In this document: piece by piece, positions 1 to 8,896 of the stretch
Numbering within the stretch: the stretch's first letter is position 1
Layout of the letters: every line of letters starts with the position of its first letter
NCBI GenBank assembly: GCA_029060065.1
Contig: JAIDUT010000044.1
Span: 1 to 49,792 of the forward strand
Source: Clostridia bacterium
GTDB lineage: Bacteria > Bacillota > Clostridia > Christensenellales > UBA3700
Length of the DNA: 49,792 bases
Reading direction: 5' to 3'
Made by a program: the position numbers and the translations under genes
Notes under the pieces: generated by a model
What the model was told of the DNA's origin: nothing
Database searches by the model: none
Seen by the model: only the letters and a program-made list of their open reading frames with translations

Positions 1-302
1 CATTTATAATGCGCCAATATCGTAGATATATCCACTACTTTTCTTGTAATTTCGTCATCTTCGCCAATAAGTTTCTTCTGCACTCTATTGAGTACGCAAG
101 TACCCATTTTCATCTCAAGTTCTTCGTCAAGTACCGCATGAGCTAAAATGTTTAGAAAAGTCATGTCGTACGTCGTGCCTATTCTCATAAGCTGTCCACA
201 GCGTTTTCCGATACTCTTGCACAGTCCGCAATAAAACCCCCTATATCCATAGTAGTCTTTCATAAACATATTGAGTTTGTCTGGAATGACGTATCCGAAC
301 AT
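1..302 (-). CDS. DUF5685-like conserved protein, 3' end runs off the window
   Basis: Own translation from ATG at 302: MFGYVIPDKLNMF...YRGFYCGLCKSIGKRCG...TYDMTFL; GAGG RBS upstream; not in the ORF track. Confidence 0.75.
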   Translation of the reverse strand, partial: MFGYVIPDKLNMFMKDYYGYRGFYCGLCKSIGKRCGQLMRIGTTYDMTFLNILAHAVLDEELEMKMGTCVLNRVQKKLIGEDDEITRKVVDISTILAHYK

Positions 303-328
303 AGTACCTCTTATCTTTTTATCGGTTA

Positions 329-746
329 AGATTTCTCCATTCCGCTACGCTCAAGTCGAAATGACATAAGGTGCGTATGGATGAGATTTCTCGACTTCGC
401 TCAAAATGACACAATGCGCTGTCGCAAGAAGCGAAGCGACGGCATAGCGGGCAAGCGGAATCGCGTCCCCAGCGAGCGTCAATGATAATATATATTATAA
501 TATTATATCAATTTAATATAGGTTCACAATATTATTTTCACCCCTTCAATCACTTACGCGACAGAAACCTCGGCTACACTCAGTTTCGGTCGGACTCCAT
601 TAGTTGAAAATTTAGGATTACGTCTACTGACGTAGACGACACCCCTTTCGACGCTCCGCGTCACTTTCCCCTCAAGAGGGGACAGCAAGTGTACTGTTGA
701 GATTTCTCCATTCCGCTTCGCTTAAGTCGAAATGACGTAAGGTGCG
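329..746. repeat. Cluster of REP-like short intergenic repeats (AGATTTCTC...CGCT...AAATGAC)
   Basis: Copies at 329-365, 383-410 and 699-736; related copies at 4431-4457 and 42721-42748. Confidence 0.7.
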
Positions 747-751
747 GTCAT

Positions 752-1744
752 CTACACTATATAGCCGATTGCTTGCTTAAAGCGTTTCAACGTCTTTTCG
801 GCTATTTCGCTTGCTCTTTGCGCGCCGTCTTTTGCGCAAGCCATGAGATAATCTTTAGAATCGATAAGACGCTTATACTCGTCTTGGAAAGGTCTTAGCA
901 TCTCTATTACGCTGTCTGCAACTCGCAATTTGAGGTCGCCGTATCTCAAGCCTTGGCAATCGGCTACCGTTTGCTCTATAGTTTTGCCAGTAGCAACCGC
1001 CAATATACCCAAAAGATTGGATATACCCGCTTTATTTTCCGGATCATAGGTAATAGTAGTATCGCTGTCGGTAACTGCTTTCTTAAACTTCTTAACAATA
1101 ACGTCGGGAGTATCTAGACAGGATATTACGGCATTGGGATTGGGGTCAGACTTACTCATCTTGCTAGTAGGGTCTTGCAAGCTCATTATCTTCGCGCCAA
1201 TCTTGGGAATAAAGCCGTTGGGTACTTTGAAAATATCGCCGTAAATATTATTTACTCTCAACGCTATATCGCGCGTAATTTCTATGTGCTGAAGTTGGTC
1301 ATAGCCCACGGGAACTAAGTCCGTATCATATAGCAAAATGTCTGCCGCCATAAGTACGGGATAGTCCATAAGCCCCATATTGATATTGTCTACGTGCTTT
1401 GCCGACTTATCCTTGAACTGCGTCATTCTATTCATCTCGCCTACGTAGGTATAGCAATTAAGTAGCCATGAAAGCTCGCTGTGCTGAGCAACGTGCGATT
1501 GAAGATACAATATACTCTTCTTAGCGTCAAGACCTACAGCCTGCAAAAGCGCGTAAAAACTCCAACAATTATTGTTGAACTCCGCGGGATTTTGACGTAC
1601 GGTAACAGTATGCAAATCTGCCAAGGCAAAGATGCACTTATTCTCCGTATCATTTTGCATAGCTCTCCAATTATTAACCGCCCCTATGTAATTGCCTAGC
1701 GTCATTATGCCGGACGGCTGTATTGCGCTGTAAATCGTCTTCAT
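752..1744 (-). CDS. trpS: Tryptophanyl-tRNA synthetase
   Basis: SAIQPSG..TLGNY (HIGH-like), YPVLMAADILLY, KMSKS; start moved to ATG 1744 after GGAGAG RBS. Confidence 0.97.
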   Translation of the reverse strand: MKTIYSAIQPSGIMTLGNYIGAVNNWRAMQNDTENKCIFALADLHTVTVRQNPAEFNNNCWSFYALLQAVGLDAKKSILYLQSHVAQHSELSWLLNCYTYVGEMNRMTQFKDKSAKHVDNINMGLMDYPVLMAADILLYDTDLVPVGYDQLQHIEITRDIALRVNNIYGDIFKVPNGFIPKIGAKIMSLQDPTSKMSKSDPNPNAVISCLDTPDVIVKKFKKAVTDSDTTITYDPENKAGISNLLGILAVATGKTIEQTVADCQGLRYGDLKLRVADSVIEMLRPFQDEYKRLIDSKDYLMACAKDGAQRASEIAEKTLKRFKQAIGYIV

Positions 1745-1767
1745 TGTTCTCTCCAACTATCTGTAAT

Positions 1768-3252
1768 CTACTTCTTTATATAATTCAAAATTTCTTTCTC
1801 GATGTCCTGTTTTGCTATAACTTTGGTAAATCTAACGGGCTTTTTGTCAAGGTCGGCAAGTGGCGCGGGAACTTCTTCGCCAGTGTATGCGTTGAGTTTC
1901 TTAGTAGCCTTTTGCGCGTCTTCGATATAGTCTTGCACCAAAGCGTCGTAGACGTCGCACGGGAACTTGTAAGCGTTGGCCGTCGATACGATTACGCTTG
2001 GAGTTTCGTCACCGCTATTCTCAAAGTAGTCGTCGTATACGCTCATTGCTACTGCTGTGTGCGTATCCAAAAGATAATCGTATACTTCGAAACAATTTGC
2101 TATAACTTCTGCGGTATCGTCCTCAGTCGCATAGCCTACTTCAAATATCTTTTTCAAATTTTCCAGTTCTTGCTTGCTTACGCTGTATTTGCCGTCTTTC
2201 TTGAGAGAATCCATACGTTGAGCGATAAGTTTGTCGTCGCGAGAGCAGAACTCAAAAAGTAATCTCTCTAAGTTGGAAGAAATCAAGATATCCATAGACG
2301 GGCTCATTGTCTTGTGGAACTGTCTGTGCGTATCATACTCGCCTGTCGTAAAGAAATCGGTAAGCACGTTGTTGACATTAGAAGCGCAGATAAGTTTGTT
2401 GACGCCTACGCCCATGAGCGACGCATAGTATCCTGCCAATATATTACCGAAGTTTCCGCTAGGTACGCAGAAGTTGACCTTATCGCCGTACTTTATCTGT
2501 CCCGAAGAAATTAGGTCGCAATAACTAGATACGTAGTACGCAATCTGCGGAGCAAGTCTACCCCAGTTTATGGAGTTGGCTGAAGAGAGTTTGTAACCGC
2601 CGTCAAGCAACTGCTTTTGCATTTGCTCGTCATTGAAAATTCTCTTGACTGCCGTCTGAGCGTCGTCGAAGTTACCCTCTATCGCGCATACGAATACGTT
2701 GTCGCCAAGTTGCGTCATCATTTGCAATTTCTGCATATCGGATACGCCGTCTGAAGGATAGAATACTATTATATCCGTACCCTCAACGTCTCTAAAACCT
2801 TCCAATGCTGCTTTGCCGGTATCGCCTGACGTAGCTACCAAAATCAACGTCTTTGCAGTTTCGCCTGTTTTCTTTCTTGCAGACGACAATAGGTGAGGTA
2901 ACATTGTGAGCGCCATGTCCTTGAAAGCGCAAGTAGGTCCGTGCCACAATTCAAGAACGTAAAGCCCGTCGTCGATATTGACTAGCGGACAAGGGTCATC
3001 GCCGTAAAATCTCGAATATGCCTTGGTCGAATAATCGAGAAGTTCTTCATAGGTATAGTCCTCTAGATAAAGCGAAAGTACCTTTGCTACTCTCTCAGGA
3101 TAACTCATAGCGATGAGTTCGTCAAAATTCTCTTTGGTGAGTTTTGGGAACTCCTCGGGAACGAAAAGTCCGCCGTCCTTTGAAAGTCCGTTGACTATTG
3201 CTTCTGCCGAACTTACTTTGATTGATTTGTTTCTGGTACTGATGTATTTCAT
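1768..3252 (-). CDS. thrC: Threonine synthase
   Basis: MKYISTR, LELWHGPTCAFKD (PLP lysine), ATSGDTG, SANSINWGR, PSGNFGN. Confidence 0.97.
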   Translation of the reverse strand: MKYISTRNKSIKVSSAEAIVNGLSKDGGLFVPEEFPKLTKENFDELIAMSYPERVAKVLSLYLEDYTYEELLDYSTKAYSRFYGDDPCPLVNIDDGLYVLELWHGPTCAFKDMALTMLPHLLSSARKKTGETAKTLILVATSGDTGKAALEGFRDVEGTDIIVFYPSDGVSDMQKLQMMTQLGDNVFVCAIEGNFDDAQTAVKRIFNDEQMQKQLLDGGYKLSSANSINWGRLAPQIAYYVSSYCDLISSGQIKYGDKVNFCVPSGNFGNILAGYYASLMGVGVNKLICASNVNNVLTDFFTTGEYDTHRQFHKTMSPSMDILISSNLERLLFEFCSRDDKLIAQRMDSLKKDGKYSVSKQELENLKKIFEVGYATEDDTAEVIANCFEVYDYLLDTHTAVAMSVYDDYFENSGDETPSVIVSTANAYKFPCDVYDALVQDYIEDAQKATKKLNAYTGEEVPAPLADLDKKPVRFTKVIAKQDIEKEILNYIKK

Positions 3253-3327
3253 ATTTACACTCCGTAAAGGTATTTCTGTATTTAATCGATAAAATTCTGC
3301 GACTGCTCTTAAAATGACTTAAGATTG

Positions 3328-4398
3328 TTAGTCGTCTAACTTCGATAGCAAAGCGTTCTGATTTGCAAGTTGCAACGCTTCAATCATCTCGAATATATCT
3401 CCGTCCATAAAACTGTCAAGACTGTATATCGTCATGCCAATTCTGTGGTCGGTAACTCTATTTTGAGGGAAGTTGTACGTCCTAATCTTTTCCGACCTAT
3501 CTCCGCTTCCTACTTGCGTCTTGCGGTTGGCGGCGTATTCGCTCTCGGCTTTGCTACTGTAATAGTCGTAAAGTCTTGATTTAAGTACGCTCATCGCCTG
3601 TTCTCTGTTCTTGATTTGCGAACGCTCGTCTTGCGATGCGACTACGATGCCAGTCGGCAAGTGAGTTATACGCACGGCGCTTTCCGTCTTGTTGACGTGC
3701 TGTCCGCCTGCTCCGCTGGAACGATATGTGTCTATCTTGAGGTCTTTTTCAAGAATCTCTATCTGGATATCGGGAGCTTCGGGAAGTATGGCGACCGTCG
3801 CCGTCGACGTGTGTACTCTGCCTTGCGATTCGGTTTCCGGCACGCGCTGTACTCTGTGTACTCCGCTCTCGTATTTGAGCTTAGCGTACGCGCCGGTACC
3901 GCTTATCATAAAAGTGACTTCTTTTGCTCCGCCAAGTTCGGTATAGTTCATATCGATTTCCTTGACTTTCCATCTCATTCTCTCGGCGTAGCGCATATAC
4001 ATTCTTACAAGTTCCGCGCCGAAAAGACCGCCCTCTTCTCCGCCTGCTCCGGCTCTAACTTCGACAATAACATTGTTGTCATCATTGGGGTCTACCGGCA
4101 AAAGCGCAATCTTGAGGTCCTGAATTACTTGCTCCTCGTCTTTCTTTGCTTGGTTGAGTTCTTCCTTTGCAAGCGCAGTCATATCTGCGTCACTGCCGTC
4201 GTCAATAATCTCCTTACACTCGTCGATACTGTCTTGAAGCGCAAGATATTTCTTATAAAGTTCTATCGCAGGAGTCATTTGAGAATGTTCCTTAACGAGT
4301 TTTTGCCATCTCTCTTGGTCGGCAATGACCTCGGGGTCGGCAATCAACTCCGTCAATTCCTCAAACTTTTTTAACATTAACTCTAACTTTTCAAACAT
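3328..4398 (-). CDS. prfA: Peptide chain release factor 1
   Basis: GGQ motif (GAGGQHVN), PET motif in VQRVPETE, adjacent to prmC. Confidence 0.98.
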   Translation of the reverse strand: MFEKLELMLKKFEELTELIADPEVIADQERWQKLVKEHSQMTPAIELYKKYLALQDSIDECKEIIDDGSDADMTALAKEELNQAKKDEEQVIQDLKIALLPVDPNDDNNVIVEVRAGAGGEEGGLFGAELVRMYMRYAERMRWKVKEIDMNYTELGGAKEVTFMISGTGAYAKLKYESGVHRVQRVPETESQGRVHTSTATVAILPEAPDIQIEILEKDLKIDTYRSSGAGGQHVNKTESAVRITHLPTGIVVASQDERSQIKNREQAMSVLKSRLYDYYSSKAESEYAANRKTQVGSGDRSEKIRTYNFPQNRVTDHRIGMTIYSLDSFMDGDIFEMIEALQLANQNALLSKLDD

Positions 4399-4458
4399 AT
4401 TCTATCCTTATTTCTTTCTTTTATTGATAAAGATTTCTCGACTTCGCTCGATATGACA

Positions 4459-6279
4459 TCAGTCGATACATTGGGCGACGATAATTCTATCTATCCCTTG
4501 CAAGTCCTTAACTACTTTGCATTCATAGTCCTTAAGCATTTCTACGACGGCATTTGCTTGGTCTATACCCACTTCCAAGAGAAGATAGCCACCGTCATTA
4601 AGATACTCTTTGGCTCTGTCGGCAAATACTCTATAGAAATCAAGTCCGTCTGCTCCGCCGTCCAACGCGATATGCGGGTCGTAATCTCTTACTTCCTTAT
4701 CCAACTTGGGTATATCTCCGCTGGGTATATACGGCGGATTGGATACGATAATATCAAACTTGCCGTCAATACTATCAAACTTATCGCTGAGAATAAATGA
4801 TATTTTATCCGCTAAGCCGTTGGCGTCTGCATTGTCTTTAGCTACGTCCAAAGCCGATTGGCTAATATCGCTTGCAACTACTTCACAACCTGCTTCACCG
4901 GCAATGGCAACTGCTATACAACCGCTTCCGCAACACATATCCAATACTCTGCTACCGCCTGTCGCAAGCTCTATCGCCTTTTGAGCAAGATACTCCGTCT
5001 CCGGTCTCGGACAAAGCACGTCGGGAGTGACGGATATGCTGTAGCCGTAAAAATCTACGTTGCCGAAAACTCTCCAAAGCGGTTCGCCCTTTTGTCTTTT
5101 CTTGGCAAATTCAACTGCCTTTTCATACTCCATTTGTCTTACGTGAGTAAGATTTGTAAGTTCGCTCCGCTTGACAGCGCAAGCCTCGCAGAATATCCAA
5201 TCTATATCGCTCTCGTCCACGCCCTTTAGCATAGTCCTTATTTCGTTTCTTACTTTTTCGTACGGCTTTTTGGTATCAAACCTCTTTTCCGGTATCGTTG
5301 GGTCCGCATCCATTGCCATAACTGTCTTGAACGCCGTAATAGCGCATTCTACCATTGAATCGTCAGGCTGTTTGGTCGTCAATTTCTGTAGCATAAGTCC
5401 CGGGAACTTGAATATACGAACCAACCAGTTGTCGTACTTAGCCATAGTCTTAAGCATCTCGTAACTTATTCCCATAACGATAGGAAGTAGAATTATTCTC
5501 GACGCAAAAAGTATTACGTTCTTCCATATGCCAAGGCTCTCCATATACGGCTCGAATATGCCGACAATAGAGAAAATAACCACGCTGACAAGCATAACGA
5601 TAAACATAAACGTAGTTCCGCATCTGTCGTGTACGGTCGTCATCTTCTGCGCATTTTCTACGGTGAGTTCCAAGCCGTGCTCGTAACAACTTATCGTCTT
5701 ATGCTCCGCGCCGTGATACATATAAGTGCGTTTAATAGGTTTCATAAGCGTGGTAAACGCAATATATATAACGAATATTATTATTCGTAACAAGCCCTCA
5801 AATAGCGCGTAAAGCACCGTGACGTACCAAAGCGTATTTGCCTCTTCGGATATATACTTGGCTACAAGCGCCTTTACTCCCGTGAGTATGCCGAGCGGTA
5901 GGAAGAAAAACAGTCCTATTGCCAATATTATACCCAGTACTACGGAAAATGCCATCATAACATCGTATATATTGACTTTGAGTTTTTTCGCCATCCACTT
6001 TTCAAGTTTGCTAGGCTGGGTATCGTCGTCAAAGACTGCGCCCGAGCGCATAAGCGTCTTCATTCCGCTTACCATAGAGTCGAAAAAGTTGAACACTCCT
6101 CTAATAAATGGAACGCGATAGATTTTAGGACGTTCGCTTACGGATTTGATATATCTACTCTCGACGACGATATTGCCCTTTTCGTCGCGCACCGCAGTAG
6201 CCATAGATCTCTCACCGCGCATCATTACGCCTTCCAATACGGCTTGACCGCCTATTTTAGATGTATACTTTCTTGCCAT
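4459..6279 (-). CDS. prmC: DUF1385 membrane domain fused to release factor glutamine methyltransferase PrmC
   Basis: N-terminal IGGQAVLEGVMM, YHGAEHK, RCGT; C-terminal PRPETE, DMCCGSGCI, SNPPY. Confidence 0.9.
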   Translation of the reverse strand: MARKYTSKIGGQAVLEGVMMRGERSMATAVRDEKGNIVVESRYIKSVSERPKIYRVPFIRGVFNFFDSMVSGMKTLMRSGAVFDDDTQPSKLEKWMAKKLKVNIYDVMMAFSVVLGIILAIGLFFFLPLGILTGVKALVAKYISEEANTLWYVTVLYALFEGLLRIIIFVIYIAFTTLMKPIKRTYMYHGAEHKTISCYEHGLELTVENAQKMTTVHDRCGTTFMFIVMLVSVVIFSIVGIFEPYMESLGIWKNVILFASRIILLPIVMGISYEMLKTMAKYDNWLVRIFKFPGLMLQKLTTKQPDDSMVECAITAFKTVMAMDADPTIPEKRFDTKKPYEKVRNEIRTMLKGVDESDIDWIFCEACAVKRSELTNLTHVRQMEYEKAVEFAKKRQKGEPLWRVFGNVDFYGYSISVTPDVLCPRPETEYLAQKAIELATGGSRVLDMCCGSGCIAVAIAGEAGCEVVASDISQSALDVAKDNADANGLADKISFILSDKFDSIDGKFDIIVSNPPYIPSGDIPKLDKEVRDYDPHIALDGGADGLDFYRVFADRAKEYLNDGGYLLLEVGIDQANAVVEMLKDYECKVVKDLQGIDRIIVAQCID

Positions 6280-6338
6280 ATTATAATAATTATACGCTTA
6301 AAATAAACTATTGTCTATCATTTACTTAAATTAAAATA

Positions 6339-6353
6339 TATAATTTAATAATA
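6339..6353 (+). repeat. Left direct repeat (target duplication) TATAATTTAATAATA
   Basis: Identical to 23592-23606; identity extends to 17 bp (6338-6354 vs 23591-23607). Confidence 0.85.
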
Positions 6354-6463
6354 TGTAAAGTTTTACAATGGTATAGAACAGGAAAGAAAGTGTTTTATAC
6401 CATTTTTTCTACTGTTCAAATAAAAATAACGGTGGCGACATTACGCAAAGGAAGGTAACGAAA

Positions 6464-6751
6464 ATGGAAAAAATCACTATCAAAGGCAAAATCGAATTTT
6501 GCGAGGTTGAGAACAAAGGGTATAACCGAGAGTTTGAGGCTATACTCGAAGACAGTAACGCATTTGCTTATGGCAATCAAACGCAGGTACTTATTTTGTT
6601 TGGAAGAATGGCAAATGGCGAGGTGGGCGGTCTTGTGCTACTTGATACACGTTATGACCGAACAATTAAACGTAATGAAAATGATTTCAAAATGTGGATT
6701 CAAAAGTATTTTGAGGAACATTACGCTGAACACGTTTTGACACTCTATTGA
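6464..6751 (+). CDS. Hypothetical protein (95 aa)
   Basis: ATG with GGAAGG RBS; first ORF of the element. Confidence 0.7.
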   Translation: MEKITIKGKIEFCEVENKGYNREFEAILEDSNAFAYGNQTQVLILFGRMANGEVGGLVLLDTRYDRTIKRNENDFKMWIQKYFEEHYAEHVLTLY

Positions 6752-6807
6752 GTGAACGGCTGAACTATCGGCTTGACGGGTAAATTTAATTAGACAAGGT
6801 GGTTAAA

Positions 6808-6933
6808 ATGAGTAGAGTTGATAAAAGTCGTAATCGAAGAATACGTCGTGCTCAACGTAATGATTTGAAAATGAATATGCGTTATAGATATTGGCATCGT
6901 CGTATTGGTGGAAGATACGGCAAAAATAAGTGA
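6808..6933 (+). CDS. Arginine-rich 41-aa peptide
   Basis: AAGGTGG RBS; MSRVDKSRNRRIRRAQRNDLKMNMRYRYWHRRIGGRYGKNK; fills the gap between co-oriented genes; below ORF-track cutoff. Confidence 0.6.
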   Translation: MSRVDKSRNRRIRRAQRNDLKMNMRYRYWHRRIGGRYGKNK

Positions 6934-6959
6934 TTTTATGTATTGACGAGGTGCTTAAA

Positions 6960-7580
6960 ATGGAAAACGGAACGAAAAAGTACATTGAAACGGTCAAATA
7001 CCTTGAAAAGTTGTACGACTATTGCAACGAAAAATTGTTTAACGGCGAACTTTCAAAACCTGTAATTACGGTGCAATGTGACGAGCGCAATAAAACAAAT
7101 GGTTGGTGGTCGGTTAAAAAGGTTTGGAAAGAAAGCGACGAAGACAAGGGCGAACACGAACTGAATATTACGGCGCAATCACTCAACCGCCCAATTAAAC
7201 AAATTGCCGAAACTATGATACACGAAATGTGCCACCAATACGCAAGCGTACACAATATGCAAGATACTTCCCGAGCAGGCAATTATCATAATAAGTTATT
7301 TAAGAAAATTGCCGAAAGTCACGGTTTGACTGTTGAATGTATGCAAACAATAGGTTGGTCGCATACGGAATTGACAAGTAAGACTGCGGAACTTATAACG
7401 GAATTTGTCAAGGACTTCCCTTGCAACGTTATTTACCGCTTACCTGTAATGAAAGGTCAAAGCGTTAAGAGTTCTAGCACTCGCAAGTATATTTGTCCGT
7501 GTTGTGGGCTTTCAGTAAGGGCAACAAAGGCGGTAAATATAATGTGCGTGGACTGTAATGAGTATTTGCAAGAGGAATGA
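6960..7580 (+). CDS. SprT-like zinc metalloprotease with C-terminal Zn ribbon
   Basis: HEMCH (HExxH), YHNKLFKKIA, CPCC...CVDC; start set at ATG 6960 after GAGGTG. Confidence 0.8.
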   Translation: MENGTKKYIETVKYLEKLYDYCNEKLFNGELSKPVITVQCDERNKTNGWWSVKKVWKESDEDKGEHELNITAQSLNRPIKQIAETMIHEMCHQYASVHNMQDTSRAGNYHNKLFKKIAESHGLTVECMQTIGWSHTELTSKTAELITEFVKDFPCNVIYRLPVMKGQSVKSSSTRKYICPCCGLSVRATKAVNIMCVDCNEYLQEE

Positions 7581-7945
7581 GTATGGAAAAAAAGCCTCGT
7601 AGACTTTCTTGTCCATATATAGAAAATGGGTGCGTTGGTATATGTAAGTTTAGCGTTATTGACGTGGTTTGTCCGTATTATGTCCCCGAATGTCCTTATG
7701 AAAAGTTAGAAGTAAATGATATAGTGGCAACCTATTTATTAAAAGTTAAACAATATGACATAACTTTGAACGATTATAGGTTGAAAGTTTATAAAGTAAA
7801 AACTAATGATATTTATCACGTAATTGGAAAAATATATTGCAACGCATTTGAAAGAATTGAGAGTATGAGTTATGGTCTTTGGACGAAACAGCGTGAGGAA
7901 TTTTGGGAAAAAGAGGGTTACAGTGTTGTTGATTATAAGGAATAA
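7577..7945 (+). CDS. Hypothetical protein with Cys-rich N-terminus
   Basis: ATGA overlap with upstream gene; CPY x3 motif. Confidence 0.7.
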   Translation: MSMEKKPRRLSCPYIENGCVGICKFSVIDVVCPYYVPECPYEKLEVNDIVATYLLKVKQYDITLNDYRLKVYKVKTNDIYHVIGKIYCNAFERIESMSYGLWTKQREEFWEKEGYSVVDYKE

Positions 7946-7975
7946 TTACAAGAGGAATAAGTTAAGGTAAAATAT

Positions 7976-8087
7976 GGGAACGTGCGTAGTGGTAAGCGCG
8001 CACATATAAACGGGTATTCCCCCTCTTCCATAGAAATTACCCGTTAAAGTATGTGAGGGGCAAGTTCAATTCTTGTCGTTCCCACCA
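7976..8087 (+). ncRNA. tRNA-like RNA with expanded (45-nt) anticodon loop
   Basis: Acceptor GGGAACG/CGTTCCC + ACCA; D arm GCGT-AGTGGTAA-GCGC; stem CACAT/ATGTG; T arm GCAAG-TTCAATT-CTTGT. Confidence 0.8.
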
Positions 8088-8137
8088 CTAAAAAAAATAC
8101 GCGTGCCGTATGCGACAAGCGGTAAAGGAAAATTATT

Positions 8138-8575
8138 ATGGCAAACGAAAAGAAAGTAAAGGCAACTGAAAGCGTAGAAAGCACGACCACGGCGGAAGTA
8201 TCGGCAACGACCGAAAAAAGACTTGTGGTAGAGCGTGAAAAGTTCATTGCGAAAGACGGTCGAGAGATGTGGGGCTACGCTGTACACGGAAAAGTACGCG
8301 GACGTGATACAAAAGTAGACTTCAACGCTTATGACCAAGGCGGATATGAAGTGTTGGATATGGTATTCGACATTAAGCCTACCGCTGACCTTTTGATGCG
8401 TGAAGAAAGTATGACGGACGGCGATACGGGCGAAATTCGCAAATACACGATTTACGAAGTCAAGAATATTGACGAGGACGGCGACGAGATTTCTTGCCGT
8501 ATCAAGCCTGCAAGGGATAGCGACAAATCAATACTCGCCTATTTGTTGAAGAAGTTGAATAGACAAACGGCGTAA
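8138..8575 (+). CDS. Hypothetical protein, candidate ssDNA-binding protein
   Basis: Clear ORF with AAGGAA RBS and its own terminator; beta-rich pattern and position before the membrane-protein genes; function is inference only. Confidence 0.55.
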   Translation: MANEKKVKATESVESTTTAEVSATTEKRLVVEREKFIAKDGREMWGYAVHGKVRGRDTKVDFNAYDQGGYEVLDMVFDIKPTADLLMREESMTDGDTGEIRKYTIYEVKNIDEDGDEISCRIKPARDSDKSILAYLLKKLNRQTA

Positions 8576-8591
8576 GTATATATATTGTATA

Positions 8592-8636
8592 TATAAAAAG
8601 AGGGGGTGGTGTATAACTATCCCCTTTTATGCTTTT
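8592..8636 (+). terminator. Intrinsic terminator-like hairpin
   Basis: AAAAGAGGGGGTGGT-GTATA-ACTATCCCCTTTT followed by T-rich tail. Confidence 0.6.
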
Positions 8637-8681
8637 TAGACGGTTGAATAAAGGTAACGAAATGTAGAGAGGAAAAGGAAA

Positions 8682-8891
8682 ATGGTAATTAGGAACTTTA
8701 TTGAAGTAACGAACTTTGACGACGGTGCGAACGTGTTAATACCTATTGATAAGATATTGGGTATTGTGTGTGATAGTGGCGGTAACGTATTTATTGAAAT
8801 GGGAACGGATAACAGAACTGTGTCGTCGGGTATTCTTGTAATTGAGAGTTACGACGAAATCAAAAATAAATTAAAAGCAAGTGAGGCGTAA
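8682..8891 (+). CDS. Small hypothetical protein (FlbD-like pattern)
   Basis: LIPIDKILGI...V.ESYDEIKNKL resembles small FlbD-like beta proteins; purine-rich RBS. Confidence 0.55.
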   Translation: MVIRNFIEVTNFDDGANVLIPIDKILGIVCDSGGNVFIEMGTDNRTVSSGILVIESYDEIKNKLKASEA

Positions 8892-8896
8892 ATCTA

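Noticed and set aside
1481-6121. Numerous plus-strand ORFs opposite trpS, thrC, prfA and prmC (and similar ORFs elsewhere)
   Set aside because: Antisense or alternate-frame shadows of well-supported genes, with no recognisable motifs
6334-6361. dif-like site (ATATGTAAAGT resembles the Bacillus XerD-type arm TTATGTAAACT)
   Set aside because: Most of the arm lies inside the element end and the rebuilt empty site has no dif structure; better explained as the terminal repeat
7976-8087. Ordinary tRNA gene, tmRNA or integration-site remnant
   Set aside because: 45-nt anticodon loop, far too short for tmRNA, 1.6 kb inside the element, and no duplicated 3' end elsewhere in the window
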